Shown in pieces: positions 22,396-33,409 of a DNA stretch of 64,000 nucleotides. This DNA comes from an uncultured Gemmatimonadaceae bacterium (GTDB taxonomy: Bacteria; Gemmatimonadota; Gemmatimonadetes; Gemmatimonadales; Gemmatimonadaceae): contig CAVUDW010000003.1 in NCBI GenBank assembly GCA_963740355.1, forward strand, positions 1,504,001-1,568,000, read 5' to 3'. The first letter of the stretch is position 1. Every line of letters begins with the position of its first letter. Made by a program: the position numbers and the translations under genes. Below the pieces are notes generated by a model, which did no database searches, was not told the origin of the DNA, and saw only the letters and a list, made by a program, of their open reading frames with translations.

Positions 22396-22815
22396 GTGAA
22401 TTTGACGAAAAAGAATCGACAGCGTCGAGTAGTGACGCCGCCGACACCGTTCGAGCAGGCGCGGGATGAGTTGTTCCAGCAGATCATGCGATGTGAAGTC
22501 ATCGGTGCTTCGCCCGATCATCAGGGCGAGTGGTTCACCGAGACCATGGCTTACTTCGCCGAGCGCTATCCGGAGTTGAAGCCGGCAGATGTGAATGACT
22601 TGCGGAAGTTGGGCGAGCGGTTTGTGCAGCCGCCGAAGGCCGCAGTCGTGACCGAGGATGCACCGGCAGTTGCGTCGGTCGCGTCAACGCCAGAAGAAGC
22701 GGCGATCGATGCGCTGGTCGGAGAAGAAATTGCAGCCGACAGCAGCACCGAGTCCGCAGATGTGACGGCTGATGTGACCGCGGAGTTGGAAGAGGCGGAG
22801 ACCGTTCCCGCCTGA
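22396..22815 (+). CDS. Hypothetical protein with acidic C-terminal tail
   Basis: 139-aa ORF after a GAGG RBS, followed by a terminator. Confidence 0.7.
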   Translation: MNLTKKNRQRRVVTPPTPFEQARDELFQQIMRCEVIGASPDHQGEWFTETMAYFAERYPELKPADVNDLRKLGERFVQPPKAAVVTEDAPAVASVASTPEEAAIDALVGEEIAADSSTESADVTADVTAELEEAETVPA

Positions 22816-22837
22816 TACGCGGTTCGATGCACGCGAT

Positions 22838-22875
22838 ACGCCCCCCGCACTCCAAGTGCGGGGGGCGTTTTGTTT
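22838..22875 (+). terminator. Intrinsic terminator
   Basis: 14-bp stem ACGCCCCCCGCACT/AGTGCGGGGGGCGT plus T-rich tail, between convergent genes. Confidence 0.85.
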
Positions 22876-22939
22876 CCCCCGTCCCACGCGCGGTGCCCGA
22901 TCGAGCACCGCGCGTGGCGATCGCTGCGGCGTGTGTGGC

Positions 22940-25306
22940 CTAAAACCGCGTGCCGATCGAGAAGAACGCCAGGCGACGCGCGCCGGTCAGCATGGTCTGC
23001 GTGTCGCCGGTCAACGTCATGCCGTTCGTCCCGATCGTTCCGATGTAGTTCGCATCGGTGAGATTCAGCACGTTGGCCCGGAAGGTCAATTCGCGAACAC
23101 CCGGCACGTTCCGCAGCGTGTACTCGGCATTGGCATCGAGCGTGGTGTAGCTCGGCACCTTGCCATCGTCACTGTTGAGGATCGAGAAATACCGTTCGGC
23201 CACGTAGCGGCCTCCAAGCTGCGCCACGAAGCCAGCGCGCTGATACCGCACCTGCGCATTGCCGAGCAGGCGCGGCGTGTCGACCACACGCTTCCCCTTC
23301 GAGCGAACCGTGTCCGACGCACCGCTCACATAGTTGTCGTTGATCGTGGCGTCGGTGTATGCCGCGCTGGTGGTGAGCGAGAGACCGTCGGCAAGGCGCA
23401 ACGAGAGCAGGCCTTCAGCGCCGCGTGACGTCACACCGCCAACGTTGGCGAACGAGCTGACGCAGGTGGCGGTGAGTGGGCAGACCGACACACCGATGAG
23501 TCGATTGCGATAGGCCACATTGAACACCGTGAGCGAGGCCTCGACGGGGCCGCGGCGGGTGCGATATCCACCCTCGACCGTGGTGGCGCGCTCTGGCTTG
23601 GTGTTGTCCTTGAAGTACTGGAAACCCACCGGGCTGGTGTTGTACACACCACTCTGCGGGCTGTACGGCAGTGCGTTCACGTTCTCCGAGACGTTGGCGA
23701 AGAATTCATCCTGCTCCGTCGCACTCCAGACCGCGCCGACCTGCGGCAGGAAGCCACCATTGGTCGCAATCGAGAGATTCGGACGGCCGGAGTCCGGCAA
23801 CGTCTTCGCACTCGCGATCGTGCGGTCATTGCTGTTGAAGTCGGCACCGATGTGCAACACCTTGGCGCCGTACGACAGCTTCAGGCGACCATCCAGCAGG
23901 CGATTCGTGTTCTGTGCGTAGAACAGCGTGGTGTTGTACTGACCCGTGCGATCGAAGAACAGCCGGAGGACGTTGTTGAAATCGACCTCGGGGCCGATGG
24001 TGGCGTTCTTCAGGCGCCAGCCAACGCGACGAATCGTCGACTCGTTGTTTTCATACCAGCCACCGATCTCCAGTTCATTGCCAGGCAGGTCGAACGTCAG
24101 CTTCGCATTGCTGCCGAAACGCTGGCTGGCATACTGCGTCTGGCGGAAGTAGATGGGGTCGGGACTCCAGCTCGAACCGTAACTCGGCGCCGTCCAGTCA
24201 CCAGCACCGCGATTGGTGTGCACGTATGGCTGAATCTCGAACCGCGCGACATCGCTGAGCCGGAACATTCCCTTCACGTACCCGATGTTGTCGCGACGCT
24301 GACCATCGGCGGTGTTGTAGTACGCCTCGTCGGGCGTGCTGCTCTGGGCCGCCGCCAGCGCCTGCGACCAGCTGGAGTACTGATCCCAGTCACGACCGCT
24401 CGCGCGCCAGCGCTGCAGCGACAAGTCGGCGTAGTCACTCTCGGTGCGATCGGAGAGGCCGTAGAACGCCACGATCTGGTGTGCCCCAGCAAAATACTGG
24501 ACCTTGGCATTGATCTGGTCCTGCCACGTCTCGCCCACGCCGAACAATCCGCCGCGCGCACCGAGCAGCGCGTTGGCCTCTGGCGCCGCGCGCGTGCCCG
24601 AGCCTTTCCACTTGTCGTTGTCGATGCGGGCGTAGCTCAGGAACGCCTTGATGCCGCTGGTGCTGCTGAGCTGCAGCAGGCCAGTGTCGAAACGCCCTGC
24701 AGTGCGGAACGTGTTCGCCGCGCCGACCATCTGCGACAGCGACAGCGTGCGCTTGCCGAACGGATCGCCCGACGTGTACTGCACGACGCCACCGAGGTTG
24801 TTGCTGGACGACGTGCCGAGTGCGCCGCTGCCCTGCAGGACCGTGGCACCACCGAGGTTATCGGGGTCGATCGCACGGCCAATGCCGAGCCCATTGAAAT
24901 TGCCGTACGACATGTCGCCGAGCGTGATGCCGTCGAAGGTCTGCCCGATCTGCTGCGTCTGGAAGCCACGCATGGTGATGCGGTTCGACCATTCGTAGGT
25001 GCCGAACGGATCGGCGCTCTGCATGTTCACGCCAGGCAGTCGCTCGACCACCTTGAGCGCACTGGTGCCGACTGGTGCGAGTTGCAGGTCGACGGGATCG
25101 ACAGCGCTCCCAGCGCGGGCTTTGCCGCGACCAACGCGCGAGCCGACGACTTCCACGGTTCGCAGTCGCTGCACTGAATCGCGCTGCGTCGTGGTGCGAC
25201 CGGCAGGTGTGGCCTGGCCATGCAAGGATGCGGCGATCGCCGTGCTCAACGCCGCCGCGGCAAGACAGGCGCGTGCAAAATCCGTCGTTGGACGAATGAA
25301 TGACAT
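22940..25306 (-). CDS. TonB-dependent outer-membrane receptor
   Basis: Signal peptide, TVEVVGSR TonB-box-like segment, plug LPGVNM...MRGF, NVLNLTD, C-terminal Phe. Confidence 0.93.
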   Translation of the reverse strand: MSFIRPTTDFARACLAAAALSTAIAASLHGQATPAGRTTTQRDSVQRLRTVEVVGSRVGRGKARAGSAVDPVDLQLAPVGTSALKVVERLPGVNMQSADPFGTYEWSNRITMRGFQTQQIGQTFDGITLGDMSYGNFNGLGIGRAIDPDNLGGATVLQGSGALGTSSSNNLGGVVQYTSGDPFGKRTLSLSQMVGAANTFRTAGRFDTGLLQLSSTSGIKAFLSYARIDNDKWKGSGTRAAPEANALLGARGGLFGVGETWQDQINAKVQYFAGAHQIVAFYGLSDRTESDYADLSLQRWRASGRDWDQYSSWSQALAAAQSSTPDEAYYNTADGQRRDNIGYVKGMFRLSDVARFEIQPYVHTNRGAGDWTAPSYGSSWSPDPIYFRQTQYASQRFGSNAKLTFDLPGNELEIGGWYENNESTIRRVGWRLKNATIGPEVDFNNVLRLFFDRTGQYNTTLFYAQNTNRLLDGRLKLSYGAKVLHIGADFNSNDRTIASAKTLPDSGRPNLSIATNGGFLPQVGAVWSATEQDEFFANVSENVNALPYSPQSGVYNTSPVGFQYFKDNTKPERATTVEGGYRTRRGPVEASLTVFNVAYRNRLIGVSVCPLTATCVSSFANVGGVTSRGAEGLLSLRLADGLSLTTSAAYTDATINDNYVSGASDTVRSKGKRVVDTPRLLGNAQVRYQRAGFVAQLGGRYVAERYFSILNSDDGKVPSYTTLDANAEYTLRNVPGVRELTFRANVLNLTDANYIGTIGTNGMTLTGDTQTMLTGARRLAFFSIGTRF

Positions 25307-25459
25307 GTGGGGAATTCTCCGGAGTGGATTGATGCGGGCATTGCGTCGCCAGCACTGAGCATCTTCTCCGGGTCGTGCACCAATCGCGTGCAGGATACCG
25401 CTACGGCCGTGTCACAACTCGCGGCATGAATTCGTGACGACGGGTTCGGCGCGTGCAGG

Positions 25460-26413
25460 TCAGCGTGGCGACGGCATCGGCGGGAACATCGAGCGCGCCT
25501 TGTTCACCGGCGGTGGCGGTTCGACAGGCTCGTCCCACTCGTCAGGCTCCACGTCCTGCGCGCTGGCAACACTCTCGCTCGGCATCGCCGACGATTCGGA
25601 GCCCTGACCATTCGCGTTCGATTCGGCAGCCGCGGCAACCGCCTCGACGATGTCGAACATGTCGAACGAGCCCTTCGTCGCTGGTGGCGTGCTGGAATTG
25701 GATGGGGCGAACGTGGCGGCGAATGCCGGAGCGCTGGCTGGCACCGGCGCAGGTCGGGTGTTCGTTGCCGCCGTGTTCTCGATCGTGATCATCGGAGGCC
25801 CGGACGACAGCGCTGCTCGTGGCGGGACATCCACGGGAGCGGGCAGCAGCGCCGAGAGATCACCGCTCGTCAGGGCCGCCCGCTGCACCTGCACGCGCGC
25901 CTCCGCTTCCGAGATCTGTTCCTCGACGGAATCGAGCGAGTGCGACAGCTTGTCGAGAATCTCGAACGGGCGGAAACCTGGCACACGCAGAGTCGGCGTC
26001 CAGTCCACGACGTCGCGCACTACACCAACCGGCAGTGTGCGTCCCGGCTCCATGATCAGCAGCAGGTCGCGCGAGTCGGCGGAACGCGCCGAGAACAGTC
26101 GCAATGCGCCATCGCGCCCCAGCAGCAACGCGCGGATCAACATGCCGGTGGCGGTGTTGTGGATCGTGCGATGGAGGATGCGGTGCCGAATGCGGCGGAG
26201 CCCGCGCGCTGATTGCGGCAGCAGTGTGGGGGTGAACTCCACCAGCGGAATCGCGTCGAAGAATGCCGCAGCAGTTCGCGCCAGCACCTGCACCTCGCGC
26301 GCAGTCAGCTCCTGCACCTCGGACTGCGCGCGTCGCAGTTCGCGCGCGCGGTTGGCGAGAGCCGTGGCGCGACCGAGCGCATCGTTCCGGACAGCGGTGG
26401 TGTCAGTGGACAT
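25460..26413 (-). CDS. Hypothetical protein (coiled coil, low-complexity C-terminus)
   Basis: 317-aa ORF, plausible composition. Confidence 0.6.
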   Translation of the reverse strand: MSTDTTAVRNDALGRATALANRARELRRAQSEVQELTAREVQVLARTAAAFFDAIPLVEFTPTLLPQSARGLRRIRHRILHRTIHNTATGMLIRALLLGRDGALRLFSARSADSRDLLLIMEPGRTLPVGVVRDVVDWTPTLRVPGFRPFEILDKLSHSLDSVEEQISEAEARVQVQRAALTSGDLSALLPAPVDVPPRAALSSGPPMITIENTAATNTRPAPVPASAPAFAATFAPSNSSTPPATKGSFDMFDIVEAVAAAAESNANGQGSESSAMPSESVASAQDVEPDEWDEPVEPPPPVNKARSMFPPMPSPR

Positions 26414-26527
26414 CGGGATGGGCTGATGCAGAACCCCGGAGCGGGAGGATCACCGGGCTCAACCATTGAGTATCGGGCGGCCATGTCCAGACTTGAGCCG
26501 CCCTGATCCAACCGGGCGGATCGCCGG

Positions 26528-27043
26528 TCAGCGTCGCTGCGCCGGCGCTCGGCGCAGCGTGAATCCGGCTCGCACACCATCACCCAGTCCTACCTCGACG
26601 CCGGGCACCCACGCGCCGTCACTCGGCCCCTCGATGCCCAGGGTCACGATCGCCACCACTCGGCCCGTGCGGTGCTCCTCGACACGCACGCCGACACCGC
26701 CACCGGCGTTGAGGCCCCAGCGCGATTGCCGGAACGGGTCACTCAGCACACGCGCCAGAAGGTCGACTCGTCCACTGCTTGCCCATCCCGCCGGACGGTT
26801 CACGCCACCGGCGCCGACATCAGCGGCCAGCCGCACGTTGTAGGCGGCGGGAATCGCCAGCCCCACCGCCACCTGCGCACCGGGATCGCGGTCGAGCAGC
26901 GCATCGACGCGCAGCGACGGGCGCAGGCTGGTGGCCTTCGGTCGCGGCAGCGCGGCCTGAGCGACACACTCCGGCACCATGAGGAACGCGATGCTGGCAA
27001 AAATCGCGAGGCGCGTGATCACCCGACCAAACGAATCGATCAC
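26528..27043 (-). CDS. Hypothetical exported protein, possibly beta-barrel-like
   Basis: Signal-like N-terminus, alternating Gly/hydrophobic strands; GTG overlapping the upstream stop. Confidence 0.6.
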   Translation of the reverse strand: MIDSFGRVITRLAIFASIAFLMVPECVAQAALPRPKATSLRPSLRVDALLDRDPGAQVAVGLAIPAAYNVRLAADVGAGGVNRPAGWASSGRVDLLARVLSDPFRQSRWGLNAGGGVGVRVEEHRTGRVVAIVTLGIEGPSDGAWVPGVEVGLGDGVRAGFTLRRAPAQRR

Positions 27044-27624
27044 CCGAGCGCGTCGTGCGTCGGCGTCGTGATCGCGTCCGCTGCGGCTGTCGCTTTTGGA
27101 CCACCCGCCCGGTTGAACCAGAGCATCAGTGTGTAGTCCGTCGTCGCGACGAGCGCGAGGATGCCGCAGGCGAGGGCGAGGCCGGCGACCAGCCGCGGCG
27201 CCTGCAATGCGGCCAGCAGCGTCACGAATTGCAGCACGGTCACGCCCTTGCCGGGCCAGCGTGCCTGAAAGGTGATCTGCCGGAGCCAGGTGACGTTCCG
27301 CGCCACGAACCACCCGATCACGCTCATCACGTCACGCACCAGCAACAGGCTCAGTTGCCAGGGCGAGATCAGTCCTTCGACGGTGACCGTGATGAACGCC
27401 ACCAGCATGAAGATCCGGTCGGCGATGGGATCGATGAGGGCCCCGATCTTCGTCGCGCTGTGCGAAACGCGCGCGATCACGCCGTCCAGCACATCCGACG
27501 CCATGGCCAGCAAGACCACGGTCAATCGCCAGTCGGCATCGCGCACGCCGAGAAACACGCCCGCCATCACGAGACGCGACAGGGAGATCAGGTTCGGTGG
27601 GGTAAGCAGGTCACTGCGGCGCAT
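27040..27624 (-). CDS. CDP-alcohol phosphatidyltransferase
   Basis: PNLISLSR, SDVLDGVIAR...GALIDPIADR. Confidence 0.92.
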   Translation of the reverse strand: MRRSDLLTPPNLISLSRLVMAGVFLGVRDADWRLTVVLLAMASDVLDGVIARVSHSATKIGALIDPIADRIFMLVAFITVTVEGLISPWQLSLLLVRDVMSVIGWFVARNVTWLRQITFQARWPGKGVTVLQFVTLLAALQAPRLVAGLALACGILALVATTDYTLMLWFNRAGGPKATAAADAITTPTHDALG

Positions 27625-27815
27625 ACTGACAAGAAAGCAAGACACGTGCTGGACGGCCAGCAGTTGCCCAGCCAGCACCGTCGGCATAGGCTGCCCCACG
27701 CACCGGATCGCACTGCAGCGTCTGGTGCTCCGCATCCTTCAGCCCGACTTCCGACTCCGTGCGCTCGTCCACCGCCGCATCCTTCGCCACCGCCAGCGCA
27801 ACGCGCACACGACAG

Positions 27816-29362
27816 GTGGCCCGCTGCTGACCGTCGCCCTGCCGCTGACGGCCCTCTTTGCGGCCGCCCTGATGCTGCTGTGGGATGTTGGCCTCGCGGG
27901 ACGATTGGCGCGCGTGGCGGAGGCACCACGCGGCTGGGCGGCACTGACGGCGATCACTGGCCTGCTGCTGTTGCCAGCGGCGTTGATCCGCGTGGTGGGC
28001 AGTTCACTGCTCGACGGCCGGACCGTAGCCGCGCTCGGTTGGCTCTGGCCGCTGGTGCTGACACTCGTGGCGCTGCAAGCGGTCACCACGCTCGCGCGCG
28101 GGCTCGGTGCGCGCACGATCGTGGCGCCGATCATGATCTACGATGCGATCATCGCGGCATCGGCGTGGATCGAATACGCCGCCGGCAACGGAGTGTCGCT
28201 GCCAGCGGCGATGCACGCCATCCCGACCGCCACCGCCGGCGCGATGGGCTATCTGGCCGGCAGTGCCGCACTCTGGTCGCCATTCGCGATCGCGCCGCCG
28301 CTGCTGGCTCCGGCCTATCGCGCCCGGTGGGCCGTGAACGCATCGGTGCGCGGCTTGATCGCGCTCTATTGTGTGGTTGCCGTGGTCGCGTTCGCCAGCG
28401 AGTTGCCGCAAGCGATTCGTGGTGTGCAAAGCTTCTCGCGGTGGACGCTCGCCCCATTGCGCGAACGGCCGCAGGACACGCCGTTGCTGGTCGGCATCCA
28501 GATCCTGCCCTCGTTACGCGGCGCGCCGGCACCACTCGCCCTGCGCTATGACTCCGACCTTGCCGACAGCGCCAACGTCGACGCGATCGCCGTCACGATC
28601 GCCCCGAGCGGTGCCACACCACGTGCACTCGACTCGCTCTCGCGGGCGCTCGAGACCTATCGCGGCGACAGCACGCTGATCGTGGTGACCGTGGGCTGGG
28701 ACATCGCCGAGGCGTTGCGCGTTCGTTTCGCTCCGACGGCGTGGGAGCGTGACCGGATCCAGCTCGTCGACCAGGTGGTGCGGCGCCTCCGTCCCGATGT
28801 GCTGGTGCCGATCGCCGATCCCAACGGACTGGGCGTCCAGATCGTCGGTGAACGCGACCCCATCGCATGGCAACCGCTGCTCACGCAGTGTGCAAAGACG
28901 GCGCACACCGTGCGGCCGCGCACTCGCGTGCTGGCCGAAGTGTCGACATTCGATGATCGCGACAGCGTGATGGTGGCGTGGGCCTCACGCCCCGCATCAG
29001 GGCTCGATGGTGTCGGCTACATCCTGCAGCCTGGCTTTCGCGGTGGTGTGAGCCTCGAGGCGCGATTGCAGGCAGCGGATCGCTGGCGCGCGGTTCGCGC
29101 GAGGCAGGGTGCACGTGCCAGCGACGAGTGGGTGATGCTGGCGGCCGGCTTCCCGTGGACGCAGGGCGAGCAGGCGCAGGATCGCGCCATCTGGGGTGTG
29201 CTCGCATGGGCCAGTGCCCGTCCCACGATCGAGGGGGTGATCGTGGGTGATGCGGGTGACTACGACACGCGTCGCGGGCTGCGCGGCCCGGGCGGTCGCC
29301 TCAGGCTCGCGAATACCTCGCTGCGACGTGCGATTCGTGGCTTGAACGAGGCCACGCGGTAG
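27816..29362 (+). CDS. Membrane protein with N-terminal TM bundle and soluble C-terminal domain; start uncertain
   Basis: Long open frame to the stop at 29362; several hydrophobic segments, then an alpha/beta-like domain. Confidence 0.6.
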
Positions 29363-29433
29363 CGACCCGATTGCCGCACGACACACGGCCTGATTGCGAC
29401 GCACCCCCGCGCCACGACGAGTCGTGCCAATGC

Positions 29434-32037
29434 CTAGGGCTTCGCAACGCCCCGGACGATCGCTTCCACGCGCCGCATCGGGTCACACCATTCGCGCACG
29501 ATGTGCTGCACATCGTCAGCCGTGACCGCGCGCAACTGTGCCACTTCGTCGTCCAGTTCGGACAAGCCGTCACCAACACACCAGGCATCCACCATGTCGC
29601 CGAGCTGCGCACCGGCGCTCTCCTGCCGCAGTGCATGCATGCCGATGGCGTAGGTACGCGCTCGCTCCAGCTCTTCCGCTGACACCGGCGTGTCGCGCAT
29701 TGCCGCGAACTCAGCCAGCAAGCCGGCACGCGCTTCCATCTCACGCTCCGGCGCACAGGCGATGTAGGCCGAGATCATCCCCGCCTCGCGCAGGGTCGAT
29801 GCGCTGACGAAGACGCTATAGGCCAGCGATTGACGGCTGCGCAGCGACTCGAAGAACCGGCCGCCGAGTCCGCTGGCGACGCCGGTCATCAAGGCGGTCG
29901 CGAAGCGGCGATGATCGCGGCGCTTCGGCCCCGGGAAAAGCATCGCGACGGCGCTCTGCTGCTTGGCACGAGGCTCGATGATCTCGATCGGCGCCAGCGG
30001 CACATCCGGCGCGTCGATCAGGTGGCGCGGCGACGGCTTCAGCGCCACGAACGCACCAGCGACCTGTTGCGCCAGCAGGAAGGGGTCGGCGTCACCCACG
30101 ATTGCGAGCACGGCGTCACCGCCCAGGATCGCGCTCGCATGCCATTCGCGCACCATCGTGTCGCTGAGCGCACCCACGCTCTCAGCGGTCCCCATCGCGT
30201 CGAGCCCATAGGTGTGCACACCAAACAACGCCTGGCGCGCCACCGCCAGCGGATACCGCAACATGTCGTCCTTCCGCGCGCGCAGTTCTGTCAACATCTG
30301 TGCGCGTTCAGTGGCGACGGCTTCGGCCGGGAAAACGGGATTCTGCACCACGTCGGCCAGCAACGCGGCTGCCGCCAGCAGGTCGTCGGACGGCACACTG
30401 ATCGACCAACCGACGAGTTCCTTGCTGATCGACGTGGAGACGCTTCCACCAAGTCGTTCGCCATCCTCCGCGATCTGCGCTGCCGTGCGCGAGGCCGTGC
30501 CCTTCACTGACACCCGCGCCATCAGCGTGGTGAGGCCAGCTTCCGCCATCGGCTCGTCGACGGCACCGCCCTGCACGTAGCATCCCATGTGCACGATCTT
30601 CGCGCCTGGCTTGCGACGCACCAGCACCGGAACACCGTGCGCCGTGCGGAACACATGCACGTCACCGATGTGTGCCTCCGCGGTCACGGCGGTTGCCATC
30701 GGTGCTGCCACGATCGGCGCGCGAGACACCACTGGCAGCGGTGCCACCGGTGACGCATTCCAGGCCGCAACGAGCGCGGGACCGTCGGATGCCAATGGTG
30801 CGCTGCTGGACGGCCGATAACTCACCACGCCGACCGTATCCGCGGTACACCAGTTGGTCAGCACGCGGCGCACGTCGGCTGCAGTGACGGCGTCGATGTC
30901 TCGCCAGTATGACTCACCGACGTCGGCACCACCGAGCGCTTCCCATGCCACCATCTCGCTCGCCTGGCCTTCCATCGACTCGTCGGATCGCAACTGGCGG
31001 GTACGCATCACGTGCTTCACGCGCTGCAACTCGTCGTCGGTCGGTCCATCGGCTTGCAGGCGCCGCAACTCGTGCCAGGCGGCGGCGCAGGCCTCGTTGA
31101 TCGTGGCGTCGCTGCCAACCATCCCGACCGCGAACACGCCGAGCTGTGTGGGCGTGTAGTGGTACGCGCTGGCGCTCATCGCCAGCCCGCGCTCACGCAC
31201 CGCACGGTAGAGGCGTGAGGCACGGCCGGTGGACAACACCGACGAAGCCACATCGAGCGCCGGCGTGTCTGGATGGAGCGGGCCCACCGTGCGCCAGCCG
31301 AATGTGGCGTGCGCCTGCTGCACGTCACCCGTGAGCGCGCGATATCGTGCGCCATGCCAGCGCGCCTCTTCCGGGCCGAAGTCCGGCAGCGGATCGCGTG
31401 CGGGCAACGACCCGTACGACGCACCCACGGCGGCCTTGACCGCGTCGGCATCCACATCCCCCACGATCGCGAGGATGCTGTTCGAGGGCGTGTACCAATT
31501 GCTGTAGAAGCCGTGCACCATCTCGCGCGTGAACGTGCGCAAGCCCGCCTCACGCCCGATGCGCCAGCGTCGCATCCGGTGCGTGTCGTGCAGCAGCTCG
31601 TAGAGAGTCTCTGCCGTGACCGCGCCCGGCGTGTCTTCCTTGCGCGCCGCTTCCTGGATGATGACTTCCAACTCGCGCCGCAGTTCGTCGGCATCGATCT
31701 GCGAGTGGGCGAAGGCATCGAACTGGATGTCGAGTCCGCGATCCCAGCTCGCGCTGGGCAACACGGTGATGTAGGTGGTGGCGTCGTAGATCGTGTGGGC
31801 GTTGAGCCAGCCACCCACTTCCTTGGTGGCGGTCGCGATCTCACCCGGGCCGCGCGTAGGCGTACCCTTGAAGTACATGTGCTCGAGCACGTGTGCGATA
31901 CCGATCTCGGTATCGGGCTCGTCGAAGTAGCCGGCCTTCACCCGCGTGACGATCGCCACCACGGGCGCTGCACGGTCTTCCCGGACGAGGAGTGTGAAAC
32001 CGTTCGGGAAGACGGTGCGGTAGGTGCGCAGGCTCAA
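29434..32037 (-). CDS. M16 family zinc protease
   Basis: Inverted HxxEH motif (AHVLEHMYFKGT), two-lobed M16 repeat. Confidence 0.95.
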   Translation of the reverse strand: MSLRTYRTVFPNGFTLLVREDRAAPVVAIVTRVKAGYFDEPDTEIGIAHVLEHMYFKGTPTRGPGEIATATKEVGGWLNAHTIYDATTYITVLPSASWDRGLDIQFDAFAHSQIDADELRRELEVIIQEAARKEDTPGAVTAETLYELLHDTHRMRRWRIGREAGLRTFTREMVHGFYSNWYTPSNSILAIVGDVDADAVKAAVGASYGSLPARDPLPDFGPEEARWHGARYRALTGDVQQAHATFGWRTVGPLHPDTPALDVASSVLSTGRASRLYRAVRERGLAMSASAYHYTPTQLGVFAVGMVGSDATINEACAAAWHELRRLQADGPTDDELQRVKHVMRTRQLRSDESMEGQASEMVAWEALGGADVGESYWRDIDAVTAADVRRVLTNWCTADTVGVVSYRPSSSAPLASDGPALVAAWNASPVAPLPVVSRAPIVAAPMATAVTAEAHIGDVHVFRTAHGVPVLVRRKPGAKIVHMGCYVQGGAVDEPMAEAGLTTLMARVSVKGTASRTAAQIAEDGERLGGSVSTSISKELVGWSISVPSDDLLAAAALLADVVQNPVFPAEAVATERAQMLTELRARKDDMLRYPLAVARQALFGVHTYGLDAMGTAESVGALSDTMVREWHASAILGGDAVLAIVGDADPFLLAQQVAGAFVALKPSPRHLIDAPDVPLAPIEIIEPRAKQQSAVAMLFPGPKRRDHRRFATALMTGVASGLGGRFFESLRSRQSLAYSVFVSASTLREAGMISAYIACAPEREMEARAGLLAEFAAMRDTPVSAEELERARTYAIGMHALRQESAGAQLGDMVDAWCVGDGLSELDDEVAQLRAVTADDVQHIVREWCDPMRRVEAIVRGVAKP

Positions 32038-32057
32038 GTTCGTGAGGTGGGACTTGT

Positions 32058-33170
32058 CTAGTGCAGGATCTTCAGCATGCCCGCGTCGGCACTGCCACGC
32101 AGGAATGCTTCGGCCGAATCGGTCGGGACGCGTTGCCCGGTCTGCGCCTGCACCCGGGCCGCCTCACCAAGCATGAATTCATACAGTGACTTGCCACCGG
32201 CAGTCGCGTCGCGCATCTCGGTCAGGATATCGTCCCAGCTGCCAACGAAGGTGTCGCCGGTGCGCGTCAAGACACTGTGCTCGACGTCGCTGTCCTTCTG
32301 ATCGCGCATCTCGGCCAGCAACGAGCCGAACAACTCCAACTGCCCCTTCGAGTCGGAGTCGTCCTCGCCTTCACCGAGCACGCGCGCCTCGATCTCCGAC
32401 AACATCTCGTCGATGCTGTCGGTCTCGGCGTTCAACTCCTCGAGCTGCGCCTGCCATGGGGCCAGGTCCGGATCGTCGTCGTTGAGGCGATACGCGGCCT
32501 TCTTCAACTCGATCAAGCGCCAGATGCCCAGCTCGTCCCAGTGATCTTCCGGTGACGACTTCTCGAACTGGTACAGCGCCGCCTCGAACTCCTGCTTGTC
32601 GTACAACAGGTTGGCGAGGTAGATGCGGGCCTCGGTGTAATCCGGATCGAGCTTGAGCGCACGACGCAGCGTGGAAATCGCTGCATCGTCCTCGCCGGCG
32701 CGATGCTGGGCGTAGCCCATGCAGCTCACCGCTTCCGCCGAGCCGGGCTCCTGCTGCACTGCGATATCGAAGAACTGCGCGGCATCCTCAACGAGGTTGT
32801 CGCGGAACAATGCACGGCCGACCTGGAGCATCAGCTCCACGTCATCGTGATACCCGAGTTCGAGGATGCGGCGGAAGTTCTTCCGGGCATGATCCACCTG
32901 GCCGAAGCGCAACAGGGTCTCACCCATGCCAGCCAGGCCGTCCTCGTGCTCCGAGTCGAGGGTCAGTGCCTCCTCGAAGCTCCGGCGCGCCCACGCGTAT
33001 TCCTCGCGCGCCAGACGTGCGTATCCCTCTCCGACATGGAGTTCGACCGAGGTCGGATAGAGCACGAGCCCTTCGCGCAGCACCGCCAGCGCGTCGTCAA
33101 AGCGCCCCTCGTTGTAGAGCTGGTGGGCGCGCTCGTCGTACTCTTCGGACGACAGGAATTGCGAGGCCAT
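32058..33170 (-). CDS. Tetratricopeptide repeat protein
   Basis: Repeated TPR helices (ARRSFEEALTLD, LRRALKLDP). Confidence 0.85.
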   Translation of the reverse strand: MASQFLSSEEYDERAHQLYNEGRFDDALAVLREGLVLYPTSVELHVGEGYARLAREEYAWARRSFEEALTLDSEHEDGLAGMGETLLRFGQVDHARKNFRRILELGYHDDVELMLQVGRALFRDNLVEDAAQFFDIAVQQEPGSAEAVSCMGYAQHRAGEDDAAISTLRRALKLDPDYTEARIYLANLLYDKQEFEAALYQFEKSSPEDHWDELGIWRLIELKKAAYRLNDDDPDLAPWQAQLEELNAETDSIDEMLSEIEARVLGEGEDDSDSKGQLELFGSLLAEMRDQKDSDVEHSVLTRTGDTFVGSWDDILTEMRDATAGGKSLYEFMLGEAARVQAQTGQRVPTDSAEAFLRGSADAGMLKILH

Positions 33171-33409
33171 CGCGACAGTCCTCCGGGCAAAGCGTCAGCA
33201 GGGAAAATAGACCGCGGTACACACCGCGAGCCACCCCGCTGAACGGGTAGTACACCGAACTACAGCGATTGGTCGTCCACAGCGCCCACGTTCCTGCGCC
33301 GCCGCTCGTCCTCTGTACCGTACCCAGTTCTATCTAACGAGCGTGACAAGTGTTGCTCCGATAAACGCGTCACGTTCGTGTCCCGTGCCCGATCCTGCAC
33401 CCGTGTGAG

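Noticed and set aside
25307..25455. Riboswitch, Fur box or Pho box upstream of the TonB-dependent receptor
   Set aside because: Only scattered GTCAC/GTGAC half-sites; no convincing consensus or riboswitch core recognised
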